Assembly: GCA_902521725.1 (NCBI GenBank)
Contig: CABYTF010000003.1
Location: forward strand, 81,709-145,708
Direction: 5' to 3'
Source: an uncultured Gammaproteobacteria bacterium
GTDB lineage: Bacteria; Pseudomonadota; Gammaproteobacteria; GCA-002705445; GCA-002716945
Length of the DNA: 64,000 nucleotides
In this document: positions 10,099 to 20,309 of the stretch, one piece after another
Numbering within the stretch: the stretch's first letter is position 1
How the letters are laid out: each line of letters opens with the position of its first letter
Translations under genes and position numbers: made by a program
The notes under the pieces: model-generated
Seen by the model: the letters and a program-made list of their open reading frames with translations, nothing else
What the model was told of the DNA's origin: nothing
The model's database searches: none

Positions 10099-11040
10099 TT
10101 ATGTTTTATCTAGAAAAGATAGGTATTCATTTACCCCATCCTCTAATTCAGTAGGCTTACCTGGGTATCCAGCATTATTAAGATTAGTCATATCTGCTTG
10201 TGTATAAGCTTGGTATTGTCTCTCAAGCCCCTCGGGAAAATCGATATAATCAATATATCCTGAATTAAAGTAATTTATAACAGCATTGCCTACGTCATTA
10301 AATGATCTGCTCTTACCCGTTGCGACGTTAAAAATGCCTGACAGGTTATTATTCATAAACCAAATCTTAATCTTCACAGTATCTTTTACATAAACAAAGT
10401 CTCTTCTTTGTTCCCCATCATCATAACCATGGCTCCCACGAAATAATTTTAACATCCCATGTTTTTTGAATTGATTGTAAAAATGATAGATTACACTACT
10501 CATAACTTCCTTGTGTCGCTCATATGGACCATAAACATTAAAATACCTTATTCCAACCACTTGAGATTTAATTTTTGAAAAATTCTCACGCACGAAGTTA
10601 TCAAATAATAACTTAGATTCAGAGTAGTGATTCAGTGAGGATTCATTTTCTGGCTCTTCTTTAAAGACATTGCCGCTTCCATAAACAGATGCAGATGATG
10701 CATACACCATATTTATATTATTATTGGCAGAATGTTCCAATAGGTCTTTCGAATACTCAAGGTTGGTAAACATAACATAGTCTCTATCCTGCTCAGTAGT
10801 TTTTGAGCAAGCGCCCAAATGAAAAATATATTCAATTTTATTCTTATATTTTCCATTCTTTAAGTCTTTTAAAAAATGATTATTATCCACGCAGTCTTCA
10901 ATATCGAGATCTTTTATATTTTCAAACTTTTTGGTGTACTTATCTAACTCTTCAACTACTAAAACTTTTTTATCAGATTCAAGTAATGATCTAACGAGAT
11001 TTGTCCCAATGAAGCCTGCTCCGCCAGTAACTACAATCAT
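10099..11040 (-). CDS. rfaD: ADP-L-glycero-D-manno-heptose 6-epimerase
   Basis: MIVVTGGAGFIG, HLGACS, YASSASVYG, RYFNVYGP, YQAYTQAD. ATG 11040 preferred. Confidence 0.93.
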   Translation of the reverse strand: MIVVTGGAGFIGTNLVRSLLESDKKVLVVEELDKYTKKFENIKDLDIEDCVDNNHFLKDLKNGKYKNKIEYIFHLGACSKTTEQDRDYVMFTNLEYSKDLLEHSANNNINMVYASSASVYGSGNVFKEEPENESSLNHYSESKLLFDNFVRENFSKIKSQVVGIRYFNVYGPYERHKEVMSSVIYHFYNQFKKHGMLKLFRGSHGYDDGEQRRDFVYVKDTVKIKIWFMNNNLSGIFNVATGKSRSFNDVGNAVINYFNSGYIDYIDFPEGLERQYQAYTQADMTNLNNAGYPGKPTELEDGVNEYLSFLDKT

Positions 11041-11137
11041 AGTTTGAATGATACATGATTTTTTATTCAATTATAATAATACTCAATAAAAGTATTGTTA
11101 TGCTGTCAATTTAGCTGGTACAATTACTTTTTTTGAA

Positions 11138-11632
11138 ATGAAAAGATCACAAATACTTGTCGGTATAATCATGGGATCACAATCTGATTGGCCAGTCATG
11201 AAGCATGCCTCAGATACTCTAAAAGATCTATCTATAAAACATGAAAAGAAAGTGGTCTCAGCACATAGGACGCCTGATCTGTTATTTCAATATGCTGAAA
11301 ATGCATCTGAGCGAGGTATTGAAGTTATAATAGCAGGAGCAGGAGGTGCAGCTCACTTACCAGGTATGACTGCTGCAAAGACTCATCTTCCTGTGATTGG
11401 CGTACCGGTTAAAACTAAAAGTCTAGAAGGAAAAGACTCCTTATTGTCAATAGTACAGATGCCAGCTGGCATCCCTGTCGCCACTGTTGCAATTGGTAAG
11501 GCAGGATCAATAAATGCTGCATTACTTGCAGCATCCATATTAAGTATTAAATATCCTAATATTAATAAAAAAATATTAGCTTATAGAAAAAAACAAACTC
11601 AACGAGTCCTTAAATCTGCTAAATTAATCTGA
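11138..11632 (+). CDS. purE: N5-CAIR mutase
   Basis: [25 protein letters not shown]. Confidence 0.97.
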   Translation: MKRSQILVGIIMGSQSDWPVMKHASDTLKDLSIKHEKKVVSAHRTPDLLFQYAENASERGIEVIIAGAGGAAHLPGMTAAKTHLPVIGVPVKTKSLEGKDSLLSIVQMPAGIPVATVAIGKAGSINAALLAASILSIKYPNINKKILAYRKKQTQRVLKSAKLI

Positions 11633-12714
11633 TGAAGATTGCGATTTTTGGTGCAGGTCAACTTGCCATGATGATGATTGAAGCATCATCAGATCTTAGT
11701 CATGAATTTATTGTAATAGATCCAGCATCACGACCACCTGCGAGTAAGCTAGCCAAACATTATATGGTTGAATACAATGATGAGGAAATATTGAAATTTG
11801 TAGCCTCTGAGTGCGATATAGCAACTATAGATTTTGAAAACGTTAATATAAGTGCACTCAAGTACTTAGAGAATCATATCAAAGTTTCACCACCTTCAAA
11901 TGCACTTGAAATATGTCAAGACAGATTGTATGAGAAGAAGTTATTCACTGAGTTAGACATTAATGTTACTGAGTATCATTCTGTTAATAATATAAACGAT
12001 TTAGAAGACATCGTATTCGATGATAAGTCAAATTATTTACTCAAATCTAGGAGGTTCGGATACGATGGTAAAAACCAGCTCAAGTGTGATGAAGAAAAAG
12101 AATCATTAAATAATCTACTATCAAAAAATGACTGCATAATCGAGAAGATAGTTGATTTTAAAACAGAAGTGTCTTTGATATGTGTCAGACAAGATAAAGA
12201 TACTATTTTTTTCTATCCCCTTGTGGAGAATTTTCATAGAAATGGAATCTTAAGATATAGTATTTTCCCCTATTCAAATGCATCTCTACAAGGTGTAGCA
12301 GAAGAATATGCCACTAATCTATTAAATTATTTTAATTATGTAGGAGTTTTAGTAATTGAATTTTTTGTCAGCAATGATGGGTCACTTATTGCAAACGAAA
12401 TGGCACCACGTGTCCATAACTCAGGACATTGGTCTATTGAGGGATGTTCGATGAGTCAGTTTGAGTCTCACATCAGAGCGATAACCGGACAATTATCGAT
12501 GTTTGCTGATGATTTCAAACCATCCATTATGATGAATATTTTATCGAAATATCCTAAACCTGAAAAGATTAGTGAATTAGGAGAACATTACATGCACTCA
12601 TATAATAAAGAAGAAAGAGATTTAAGAAAGCTAGGGCATATTACGAAAGTTGCTGTTCAAAAAGAGGAAATTCTAAAAGACTTAAAAAGATATTTAGATA
12701 TTTTAGATAATTAG
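11632..12714 (+). CDS. purK: N5-CAIR synthase
   Basis: GAGQLA, GYDGKNQ, NEMAPRVHNSGH. Confidence 0.95.
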   Translation: MKIAIFGAGQLAMMMIEASSDLSHEFIVIDPASRPPASKLAKHYMVEYNDEEILKFVASECDIATIDFENVNISALKYLENHIKVSPPSNALEICQDRLYEKKLFTELDINVTEYHSVNNINDLEDIVFDDKSNYLLKSRRFGYDGKNQLKCDEEKESLNNLLSKNDCIIEKIVDFKTEVSLICVRQDKDTIFFYPLVENFHRNGILRYSIFPYSNASLQGVAEEYATNLLNYFNYVGVLVIEFFVSNDGSLIANEMAPRVHNSGHWSIEGCSMSQFESHIRAITGQLSMFADDFKPSIMMNILSKYPKPEKISELGEHYMHSYNKEERDLRKLGHITKVAVQKEEILKDLKRYLDILDN

Positions 12715-14132
12715 ATTTTTGCGAGATTTCTTTTCGCTTGAATTTTAGCCTCTTCCACACCCCATTGATCATAACTGTTAATACTCCATAAAATACCCTC
12801 AACAAAAACTTTATGCTCATACATACTTATCAACTTCCCAACTCTATCAGGAGATAATCTATCAATTCCTATCAAATTCGATGGTGAACTGCCTATTAAA
12901 CTTTTATGAATTTCTCTCGTTTTTTTACCTTTAAAAAGTAAGTCTGCCTGAGCAAAGACATTAGCAGCAAGGAATTTTTTAGAATCAGTATTAAGCGTTT
13001 TCAAATAAATAAAATCTAGATATACATCGAGTGTACCTTGATGAATTGCTTGGAAGAAAGAGTGTTGGCATTCAGTCCCAAGTGAACCAAACAATATAGG
13101 TGATGTTGAATTTAGTGTAATTTCATTGTTTGTTGTTACGGATTTACCATTACTCTCCATCTCAATTTGTTGTAGATAGTCCGGCAAGCTTCTGAGTCTG
13201 TATGAGTAAGGAACTATCACATTCGCATATTTTGATAAAAAATTTATATTCCAAATGTTTACTAGAGCCAAGTTCACAGGAAGATTATTAAGGATATTAC
13301 TTTTGTAAAAATGACTGTCCATACTCTTTACGCCTTGGATAATTTTTTTATAGTTATCAATTCCAAGCTCAAACATATTGATCAGATTTACAGGAGATAT
13401 GACTGAAAATCTACCTGGTAGTGTTTTCATGAAAGTAAAAATATTTTTTTCAGAGAAATTATGTTTTTTACATAATTGCTTATTAGCTGTTATAGCTACA
13501 TAATGATTTTTGAATATATTGCCAGCAACTTCAGAATGATTTTTATTAATATATTCATCTAGATATGATTTAACTCTCATAGTTTCATCAGTTTTAAAAC
13601 TTTTCGAGACAAATATGAATATTGTTTTTTTTACATCTATTTTTTTTAAAATGTCACTAATTTCATGCAGATCGCCACTAGAGACAAAGTGAGTGAGAAA
13701 ATGATTAGTTTTGTAATCCTCTAGTGCCTCAGATAAAAGTTTTGGTCCTAAGATTGAGCCACCTATGCCTATATGAACGATGTGAGATATATTAATATTT
13801 CTATGATTTCCTGTTTTGTTATTTATAGTCTTAAGATAAAACTTCGACATTTTATCTACATCACGCTGATAGGAAATACTGTTTCTGTAATAGACAAATG
13901 ACACTTTCTGAGATTCAGTATCACTAATATACTGATTATCAAATAATTGTTTACGTCTTTTAGAAAACTTTGATAGTGTCAACAAACCCCTCATCTTTAC
14001 AAGAATATCTCTACTTATGAGGTTTCTCGATAAATCTAAGCTTATACCACCAAAATTGATGTTCTTAGGAGGTTGTGCATTCTTTTTATTTGATTTCTCA
14101 TAAAAAGAATTTAATCGCTCTCTAATGTCCAC
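12711..14132 (-). CDS. pgi: Glucose-6-phosphate isomerase (short, 473 aa)
   Basis: IGIGGSILGP, QQIEMESNGK, QHSFFQAIHQG, DQWGVE. Confidence 0.92.
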   Translation of the reverse strand: MDIRERLNSFYEKSNKKNAQPPKNINFGGISLDLSRNLISRDILVKMRGLLTLSKFSKRRKQLFDNQYISDTESQKVSFVYYRNSISYQRDVDKMSKFYLKTINNKTGNHRNINISHIVHIGIGGSILGPKLLSEALEDYKTNHFLTHFVSSGDLHEISDILKKIDVKKTIFIFVSKSFKTDETMRVKSYLDEYINKNHSEVAGNIFKNHYVAITANKQLCKKHNFSEKNIFTFMKTLPGRFSVISPVNLINMFELGIDNYKKIIQGVKSMDSHFYKSNILNNLPVNLALVNIWNINFLSKYANVIVPYSYRLRSLPDYLQQIEMESNGKSVTTNNEITLNSTSPILFGSLGTECQHSFFQAIHQGTLDVYLDFIYLKTLNTDSKKFLAANVFAQADLLFKGKKTREIHKSLIGSSPSNLIGIDRLSPDRVGKLISMYEHKVFVEGILWSINSYDQWGVEEAKIQAKRNLAKI

Positions 14133-14134
14133 AG

Positions 14135-14515
14135 CTATACAGCATTAATTTTCTTATTTACTGGTTTATCAATAATGTTATTCAATTCATCTACATAAAT
14201 GATTGTAGGTTTATGATTAACATATTCGTTGTCTTTTAACATGCAGTATGTACAAATAATAATTTGATCATTTACATTTATTTTATGGCAAGCTGCTCCA
14301 TTCACTGCAACTATACCTGTATCTGGTTTCCCAGGAATCGCATATGTGGAGAGTCTTTCCCCGTTTGAGATATCATATATATCTATTTGCTCATAAGGAC
14401 AAATGTTTGCTGCTTTCAACAAAGCGACATCAATTTCACATGAACCCTCATAGTCAATGTTTGAGTCAGTAACAATTGCTTTATGTATTTTTGAATTTAG
14501 GTACCTTCTTTCCAT
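14135..14515 (-). CDS. panD: Aspartate 1-decarboxylase
   Basis: SKIHKA, YEGS cleavage site, NGERLSTY, NGAA. Confidence 0.95.
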   Translation of the reverse strand: MERRYLNSKIHKAIVTDSNIDYEGSCEIDVALLKAANICPYEQIDIYDISNGERLSTYAIPGKPDTGIVAVNGAACHKINVNDQIIICTYCMLKDNEYVNHKPTIIYVDELNNIIDKPVNKKINAV

Positions 14516-14550
14516 ACGGTTATACTACTATTATTTAGAAACTATTTTAA

Positions 14551-15381
14551 CTATATTTCAATATTATCTATCAATCTAACATCATCTAAATAACATGCTA
14601 TAAATATACCACAGCTTTTGAGCCTATCAGTCGCCTCCTCCAATGTTATCAGTGATCTGACATCAAGATACTCAACATGAATACCATTGCTCTCAAGATA
14701 CTCTACACTTTCTTCTTTTAAGTTATCAATCGTAGCACCTTTTAGTAACTCTGATTTCATATTATGTAAGGTCTCATAAATAATGCATGTTGAGCTAAGT
14801 GACTCTTTTGAGAGTCTAGTCAGCCTAGAACTCAATGCTATTTTATTTGCGTCTCTGACAGTATCTACATCGATTATACGTGTTTTTGGGAAGTAAGTGT
14901 TTGCAAGATACTTAATTAACAAAAGCTGTTGAAAATCTTTTTTACCAAAACATGCAAAATCTGGATAAACAATGTTAAAGAAATATTTTACTATTTTATA
15001 AACACCTAAAAAGTGACCTTCTCTTTTTTGTCCGCAGAGGTAACGTGTGAACTTTGGTAAATCAATGTTTTTTTCGGTTCCAACCTCGTGAGATATGTCC
15101 CCATCAGGAGCATATACAAGACTTATGTCATTTTTTCGACACACTTCTAGATCAGTTTGAAAACTCTTTGGATAATTTTGATAGTCATCATCATCGGTAA
15201 ACTGAAGTGGATTTACATATATGGTTGCTACTTTGACTGTATTTTTGGGGGCTTTAGAGAATAATACTTGATGTCCTTGATGAAGATTTCCCATCGTGGG
15301 TATCAATGTGATCTTATCTCCTCTAGATTTATACTCTTTGATTTTATCTGAGAAAGATTCTCTATTGTTAGTAACCTGCAT
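14551..15381 (-). CDS. panC: Pantoate--beta-alanine ligase
   Basis: PTMGNLHQGH, FGKKDFQQ, RLIDN. Confidence 0.95.
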   Translation of the reverse strand: MQVTNNRESFSDKIKEYKSRGDKITLIPTMGNLHQGHQVLFSKAPKNTVKVATIYVNPLQFTDDDDYQNYPKSFQTDLEVCRKNDISLVYAPDGDISHEVGTEKNIDLPKFTRYLCGQKREGHFLGVYKIVKYFFNIVYPDFACFGKKDFQQLLLIKYLANTYFPKTRIIDVDTVRDANKIALSSRLTRLSKESLSSTCIIYETLHNMKSELLKGATIDNLKEESVEYLESNGIHVEYLDVRSLITLEEATDRLKSCGIFIACYLDDVRLIDNIEI

Positions 15382-16127
15382 TATTTAAATTTTTTTGTAA
15401 ACTTAGAAATTTGTCTATCAAGTGAAATTTTATCATTAGTTATAAATCCATCTATTTTATTAAAACTAATACCGAGTAAATCATATATGACAGCTACTTG
15501 ACCATCAATGCCGTTCCCAGAGCCAATGCCAATCACAGGTGCACTACAATTTTGACTAATTTTCTTAGCTAGACTGTTTTCTAAACATTCAATTAATATC
15601 ACTTTTGCTCCTAGTTTATCTAGACTTACCGCTAGGTCATATAATTTTTTCGCCTCATCTTTACTTTTACCATATTTACGATACCCAGATTTAGATTTGA
15701 TAGTCTGAGGAAGTAGACCTATGTGTGCACATAAAGGTATATTTTTTTCTATGAGATATTTTGCTATTTCTATATTATTAGTATCTATCTCAATTTTTAT
15801 AAGATCAGCAAGTTTCGTTGAAATAAACTTGTGGGAATTTTTATAAGCTTTTGATTTTGTATTATATGAATTTTTTGGAAGATCGATCATTAGGATAGAG
15901 GTTTTTATTCCAGATTTTACACATCGTGCATGGTATGTTACTTCATTTAAAGTAACGCCATGTGTGGTCTTTTCACCTTTAATAACTTGTCCAAGCGAAT
16001 CTCCAACTAAGATGATATCTATCCCTGAACACTCAAGATATTTACTCATACTGGCATCATATGCAGTTATACATGAGATTTTCTTTCCTCTTTTATAGAG
16101 ATTTAATAATTTACTGAGTTTACTCAT
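15381..16127 (-). CDS. panB: 3-methyl-2-oxobutanoate hydroxymethyltransferase
   Basis: TAYDA, LVGDSLG, HIGLLPQ, IGIGSG..DGQV. Confidence 0.95.
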   Translation of the reverse strand: MSKLSKLLNLYKRGKKISCITAYDASMSKYLECSGIDIILVGDSLGQVIKGEKTTHGVTLNEVTYHARCVKSGIKTSILMIDLPKNSYNTKSKAYKNSHKFISTKLADLIKIEIDTNNIEIAKYLIEKNIPLCAHIGLLPQTIKSKSGYRKYGKSKDEAKKLYDLAVSLDKLGAKVILIECLENSLAKKISQNCSAPVIGIGSGNGIDGQVAVIYDLLGISFNKIDGFITNDKISLDRQISKFTKKFK

Positions 16128-16129
16128 AG

Positions 16130-16759
16130 TTATATCGATGATGGATTAAAGTATTTTTTTCCGTTTATATCTGATGATATTTCTTCTATGAGTATTTGAT
16201 AGTCAGTATCATTATTTATGTTTACGTTTGATGTATTAATTATGAGAACAGGTGAAGCGTTATACTCATGGAAGTGTTTCATGTATATCCCATTTACAGA
16301 ATCGATGTATTTTTTTTTGATATTTTTCTCTATGTCTAGACCTCTTCTCTTTATTCTCTCCAATAAAATGTCTGTTGAAGCTTGAAGATATATTATCAAA
16401 TCAGGTATAGGAGGTTTAAAATCTAGCTTTTTTCTCAATTCCTGATACATTTCATACTCAACTTCAGTTAGATTTAGTTTGGCAAATAACTCATCTTTAC
16501 CAAAGTAAAAATCCGAGATAAGTAAATTTTTTGTATCCTTTACTTCGATTGATTGTTCAATTCTTCTCAATAAGAAATAAACCTGTGTTGAAAAAGAGTT
16601 TAACTGGTTATGATCATAAAAATCTTTCAAAAATGGATTGGAGGCATAATCCTCAAACAAAGTTTGGCATTTAACAGTATCTGATATCTTTTTTGCTAGT
16701 GTTGTTTTACCAACACCTATAGCACCCTCAATAGCAATATATTTCTTTCCTATCATCAT
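16130..16759 (-). CDS. Deoxynucleoside kinase
   Basis: IEGAIGVGKTT P-loop and PDLIIYL; usual position between folK and panB. Confidence 0.9.
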   Translation of the reverse strand: MMIGKKYIAIEGAIGVGKTTLAKKISDTVKCQTLFEDYASNPFLKDFYDHNQLNSFSTQVYFLLRRIEQSIEVKDTKNLLISDFYFGKDELFAKLNLTEVEYEMYQELRKKLDFKPPIPDLIIYLQASTDILLERIKRRGLDIEKNIKKKYIDSVNGIYMKHFHEYNASPVLIINTSNVNINNDTDYQILIEEISSDINGKKYFNPSSI

Positions 16760-17211
16760 AGGTTTTTTATTAATTTATTAATATTTCCATATTTTGGAAC
16801 CCTATAACCATAACTTGTGATCTCATAGAGTGGTATTAAAACAAACTCTCTGTATTCTAACCCAGGATGTGGGATGGTTAGTTTTTCAGTGTCCATTATG
16901 ACTTGCTCATATATGAGTATGTCTAAATCTAGACTTCTTGGTCCCCATCTCTTTGTTTTCTTCCTATTATGATTCTTCTCAAGAAATTGTAATTCCTCGA
17001 GTAGTTTATTTGGTGATAGCATAGTCTCTATTTCAACTACAGCATTTATAAAGTTAGGTTGACATTTCGGTCCAAGTGGCACAGTTTCATAAAGGCTAGA
17101 TTTTTTTATTAATCTAGTTTTATGTATTCTATTAATTTGTCTAAAAGCCCTTTGGACTCTAAAGTGAGGATGATTCTGGTTACTTCCGATACCTATGAAA
17201 ACTTGATTCAA
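16756..17211 (-). CDS. folK: 2-amino-4-hydroxy-6-hydroxymethyldihydropteridine diphosphokinase
   Basis: IGIGSN, RWGPRSLDLDIL, IPHP..REFVLIPL. Confidence 0.95.
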   Translation of the reverse strand: MNQVFIGIGSNQNHPHFRVQRAFRQINRIHKTRLIKKSSLYETVPLGPKCQPNFINAVVEIETMLSPNKLLEELQFLEKNHNRKKTKRWGPRSLDLDILIYEQVIMDTEKLTIPHPGLEYREFVLIPLYEITSYGYRVPKYGNINKLIKNL

Positions 17212-17220
17212 TTTAAAGGT

Positions 17221-17565
17221 TTAAGTTAACTTTTCTTTAATTCTAGCAGATTTTCCTGATCTTTCTCTGAGATAGTACAATTTAGCTCTTCTAACATCAC
17301 CTCGACGTTTCACTTTTATGCTATCGATTAGAGGGCTATGTGTTTGAAACACTCTTTCGACGCCCTCGCCATAAGATATTTTTCTAACTGTAAATGACGA
17401 ACTTATTCCTCTATTTTTCACAGCAACAACTACACCCTCAAAAGCTTGAATACGCTCTCTTTTACCTTCTTTTACCTTTACCGAAACAACAACTGTGTCT
17501 CCGCTTGAGAATTTTGGGGTATCTTTAATCTGCTTCGCTGTAATTTCCTCTACGATTTTAGTCAC
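17221..17565 (-). CDS. rplS: 50S ribosomal protein L19
   Basis: [13 protein letters not shown] and [10 protein letters not shown]. Confidence 0.98.
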   Translation of the reverse strand: MTKIVEEITAKQIKDTPKFSSGDTVVVSVKVKEGKRERIQAFEGVVVAVKNRGISSSFTVRKISYGEGVERVFQTHSPLIDSIKVKRRGDVRRAKLYYLRERSGKSARIKEKLT

Positions 17566-18298
17566 TTTTCTTTTCCTGATGTTCAGCTATAAATTCTTGA
17601 AGTAGTCTATCATCTTCTTTTGAAAGATTCACGTTTTTTAGCAAATCGGGTCTCTTGAGATAAGTAGCTCCAAGTGACTGTTTTCTTCTCCAAAATTTTA
17701 TTTCACTGTGATTTCCTGAGAGTAATATTTCTGGAACACTGAAACCATCTATTTCATTAGGCTTAGTGTAATGTGGATGATCAAGTAGATGATCACAAAA
17801 CGAGTCATTATTTATAGATTCCATATTTTCTGGAATTCCAGGTATCAGTCGTGTTAGACCTTCGATAATTACAGCAGCAGGGATTTCACCACCAGATAAA
17901 ACGTAATCTCCAATTGAGATCTCCTCATCCACAAGATTATCTACTATTCTCTCATCAAATCCCTCATACCTGCCGCATATAAAAGTTATGTTGCTCTCGG
18001 TTGAGAGTTCATTAAATTTTGATTGTGTTAAAAGCTTACCTTGTGGAGATAGTAGGATCGTTTTTGATGACTTTATCTTTTTAAGAGCCTCTTTTACAGG
18101 AGTATACTGTATTATCATACCGGGACCTCCGCCAAAAGGTTTAAAATCAACTCTCTTGTGTTTATCACTGGTGTAATCTCTTAGGTTAATTACGTTTATG
18201 CTAATAAGTTCTCTATCTAGTCCTTTCTTCACGAGTCCATGACCTTTGAAGGATTCAAAGAAATCTGGATAAACAGTAAGTAAATTAAATAGTTTCAT
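17558..18298 (-). CDS. trmD: tRNA (guanine37-N1)-methyltransferase
   Basis: [29 protein letters not shown]. Confidence 0.97.
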   Translation of the reverse strand: MKLFNLLTVYPDFFESFKGHGLVKKGLDRELISINVINLRDYTSDKHKRVDFKPFGGGPGMIIQYTPVKEALKKIKSSKTILLSPQGKLLTQSKFNELSTESNITFICGRYEGFDERIVDNLVDEEISIGDYVLSGGEIPAAVIIEGLTRLIPGIPENMESINNDSFCDHLLDHPHYTKPNEIDGFSVPEILLSGNHSEIKFWRRKQSLGATYLKRPDLLKNVNLSKEDDRLLQEFIAEHQEKKSD

Positions 18299-18779
18299 GA
18301 TCTATAATAATTTTTTCATTAGGTATTACTTTGATGTGATCAATAACATACGGGATGTATACAAGTTCTTTATTATGTTTCACAGCCAGAATATCATTAG
18401 CTCCATTATTGAAAATAAAGTCCACAGATCCTATGTAAGAATTTCTAGAAGTATAAACTTCTAATCCTTCGAGATCTTTCCAATAATATTCTCCCTTTTT
18501 TAAAGCAGGAATGTCCGATGCTTCAATGAAAAGATCTTGTCCAACAAGTGGTTCTGAGGAGTTGATGTCATCATAGTCTTTCATTCGAATAATTATTTTT
18601 TTAGGCATGATCTTTAGGTTAACAATCTCAATAAACTCTTTTCTGTTTTTAATATAAAGAAAAGTATCATAGTTTTTGATGTTGTGTGTTGGGTAAGAGT
18701 AGGATTTAATTACAACCCAGCCTTTAATTCCATGTGTAGCAACTATCTTGCCTATATTGATGGCAGTACTCTTATTCAT
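18285..18779 (-). CDS. rimM: Ribosome maturation factor RimM
   Basis: IGKIVATHGIKG, EYYWKDLEG, GANDIL; operon position. Confidence 0.95.
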   Translation of the reverse strand: MNKSTAINIGKIVATHGIKGWVVIKSYSYPTHNIKNYDTFLYIKNRKEFIEIVNLKIMPKKIIIRMKDYDDINSSEPLVGQDLFIEASDIPALKKGEYYWKDLEGLEVYTSRNSYIGSVDFIFNNGANDILAVKHNKELVYIPYVIDHIKVIPNEKIIIDHETI

Positions 18780-18802
18780 GATCTAATCCGTGAGCTACTG
18801 GA

Positions 18803-19351
18803 TCAGGATTTTTCTTTTTGTGTATCTGCTTCATCAGCATTAGCAGCATCTACAGGAACCTCTTCAGCTTTTGCTTCATTTGCAGGTGCGTCTTCTGCAG
18901 GCGCTTCTTCAGCTTTTACTTCTTCTGTAGGTGCTTCTTCAGCTTTTGCTTCATTTGCAGGTGCTTCTTCAGCTTTTACTTCTTCTGCAGGTGCTTCTTC
19001 AGCTTTTGCTTCTTCTGCAGGTGCTGCTTCTGATTCTTTAGTTTTAAGTTTTTTTACTCTATTTTTTTCTAGTAACTCATTCTTAATTTTATGGCGCTTC
19101 TCGAGATTATTTGGATCAAGTGAATATTTATGCAGCAATTTTACTCTGTCTGACATTTGAGCGCCTTGATTTAGCCAATACTCAAGTCTATCTTGTTTTA
19201 GTGTGATTCTTTTTTCGTTTTCTAAATTAGGATCGTAGCTACCAATTCTCTCGATGCATTTTCCATCTCTTTTAGACTTCTGATCTACCACCACAATGTG
19301 ATAATAAGGCCTTTTCTTGCCGCCGCCTCTTGATAATCTTACTCTGACCAT
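18803..19351 (-). CDS. rpsP: 30S ribosomal protein S16 with long acidic repetitive C-terminal extension
   Basis: MVRVRLSRGGGKKRPYYHIVV..RDG..IERIGSYDP; SD GAGG upstream. Confidence 0.97.
   Translation of the reverse strand: MVRVRLSRGGGKKRPYYHIVVVDQKSKRDGKCIERIGSYDPNLENEKRITLKQDRLEYWLNQGAQMSDRVKLLHKYSLDPNNLEKRHKIKNELLEKNRVKKLKTKESEAAPAEEAKAEEAPAEEVKAEEAPANEAKAEEAPTEEVKAEEAPAEDAPANEAKAEEVPVDAANADEADTQKEKS
18850..19030 (-). repeat. In-frame ~30-bp tandem repeat encoding (A/T)(E/N)E(A/V)KAEEAP units in the S16 tail
   Basis: tcttcagctttt(g/a)cttc..tgcagg recurs about five times at mostly 30-nt period. Confidence 0.9.
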
Positions 19352-19529
19352 TTGAACCTCATTTTTGAATCATGTGATTATATCACCAGACAGTAAAAAT
19401 CTCATACTTTTTAAACAAAAATTACAAAAATTTAGCCTATTAATACATAATTTTATATATAATCATCAAAGATGGACCTTTATAAAACTTGTTTAATTGA
19501 ATCAGCATCAGTAAACCAATAAAGTAACA

Positions 19530-20300
19530 ATGCTGTACCTACCGCATATAATTGGAATTATTTATCTCGCAATGTCTGTATGCCTGTTTAACTTATATAT
19601 GGGCAGAGACTGTAAGATCCCTTTGAGCATTTCTTATTTAAGAATTATTGGTTTATTTCTATTAGGATTGTTTGTTTTCAAGGTTGCATATCCATTTAAC
19701 GTTTTTAGCTTTGTAAGCTCATTATTTATAATATTATTCATAATAAATTTATTCTTTATGGTGCTTAATTTTTATCGACCTGTTGATTATATCGGTCTCA
19801 TACTTAATCCTGTAATATTTCTTGCGTTACTTACCTATATAATAGTTGACTTACCTCAGGCAGGGTCAATTGTTGAGAAAAATTTATACATACATATTAT
19901 ATTCTCATTGTCTTCATATGGTTTTCTCTTTCTTGCAGGTATCCAGGCTTTGATTTTGAAATATCAAATAACAAGTATTAAAAACATCCATCACTCAACA
20001 CTTCTGAATTCATTCCCTTCTATTGAGGAAATGGGTAAAATTATGCATAGATTAATTCTATCCGGGTTCATTTTACTTACACTCTCGCTTCTCTCTGGAA
20101 TACCATACATGACCAATGCTATTGGAACCGATAACAGTCAGAAGATAGTATTTTCAATAATTGCTTGGATTGCTTACCTATACCTATTGTTCAAAAAATC
20201 GAACTATGGAATTAATGATACAACTGCGGCAAACATGACTATTGGTGGCTTGGTGTTTCTAATATTTGCATACTTAGGAACAAAACTCTTTATTGGATAA
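19530..20300 (+). CDS. YpjD/CcsA-like inner-membrane protein (cytochrome c assembly family)
   Basis: Multi-TM, HIIFSL, PSIEEM, AYLGTK; usual position upstream of corB. Confidence 0.75.
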   Translation: MLYLPHIIGIIYLAMSVCLFNLYMGRDCKIPLSISYLRIIGLFLLGLFVFKVAYPFNVFSFVSSLFIILFIINLFFMVLNFYRPVDYIGLILNPVIFLALLTYIIVDLPQAGSIVEKNLYIHIIFSLSSYGFLFLAGIQALILKYQITSIKNIHHSTLLNSFPSIEEMGKIMHRLILSGFILLTLSLLSGIPYMTNAIGTDNSQKIVFSIIAWIAYLYLLFKKSNYGINDTTAANMTIGGLVFLIFAYLGTKLFIG

Positions 20301-20309
20301 TTCATTATT

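Noticed and set aside
18850..19030. 30-bp periodic repeats as a CRISPR array
   Set aside because: No unique spacers, in-frame coding repeats, no cas genes.
18684..19160. Plus-strand ORFs with Cys/Phe/Arg or Ser/Ala repeats (18818-19033, 18684-19160) that look like RiPP precursors
   Set aside because: Antisense shadows of the rpsP repeat tail; no RBS or modifying enzymes nearby.
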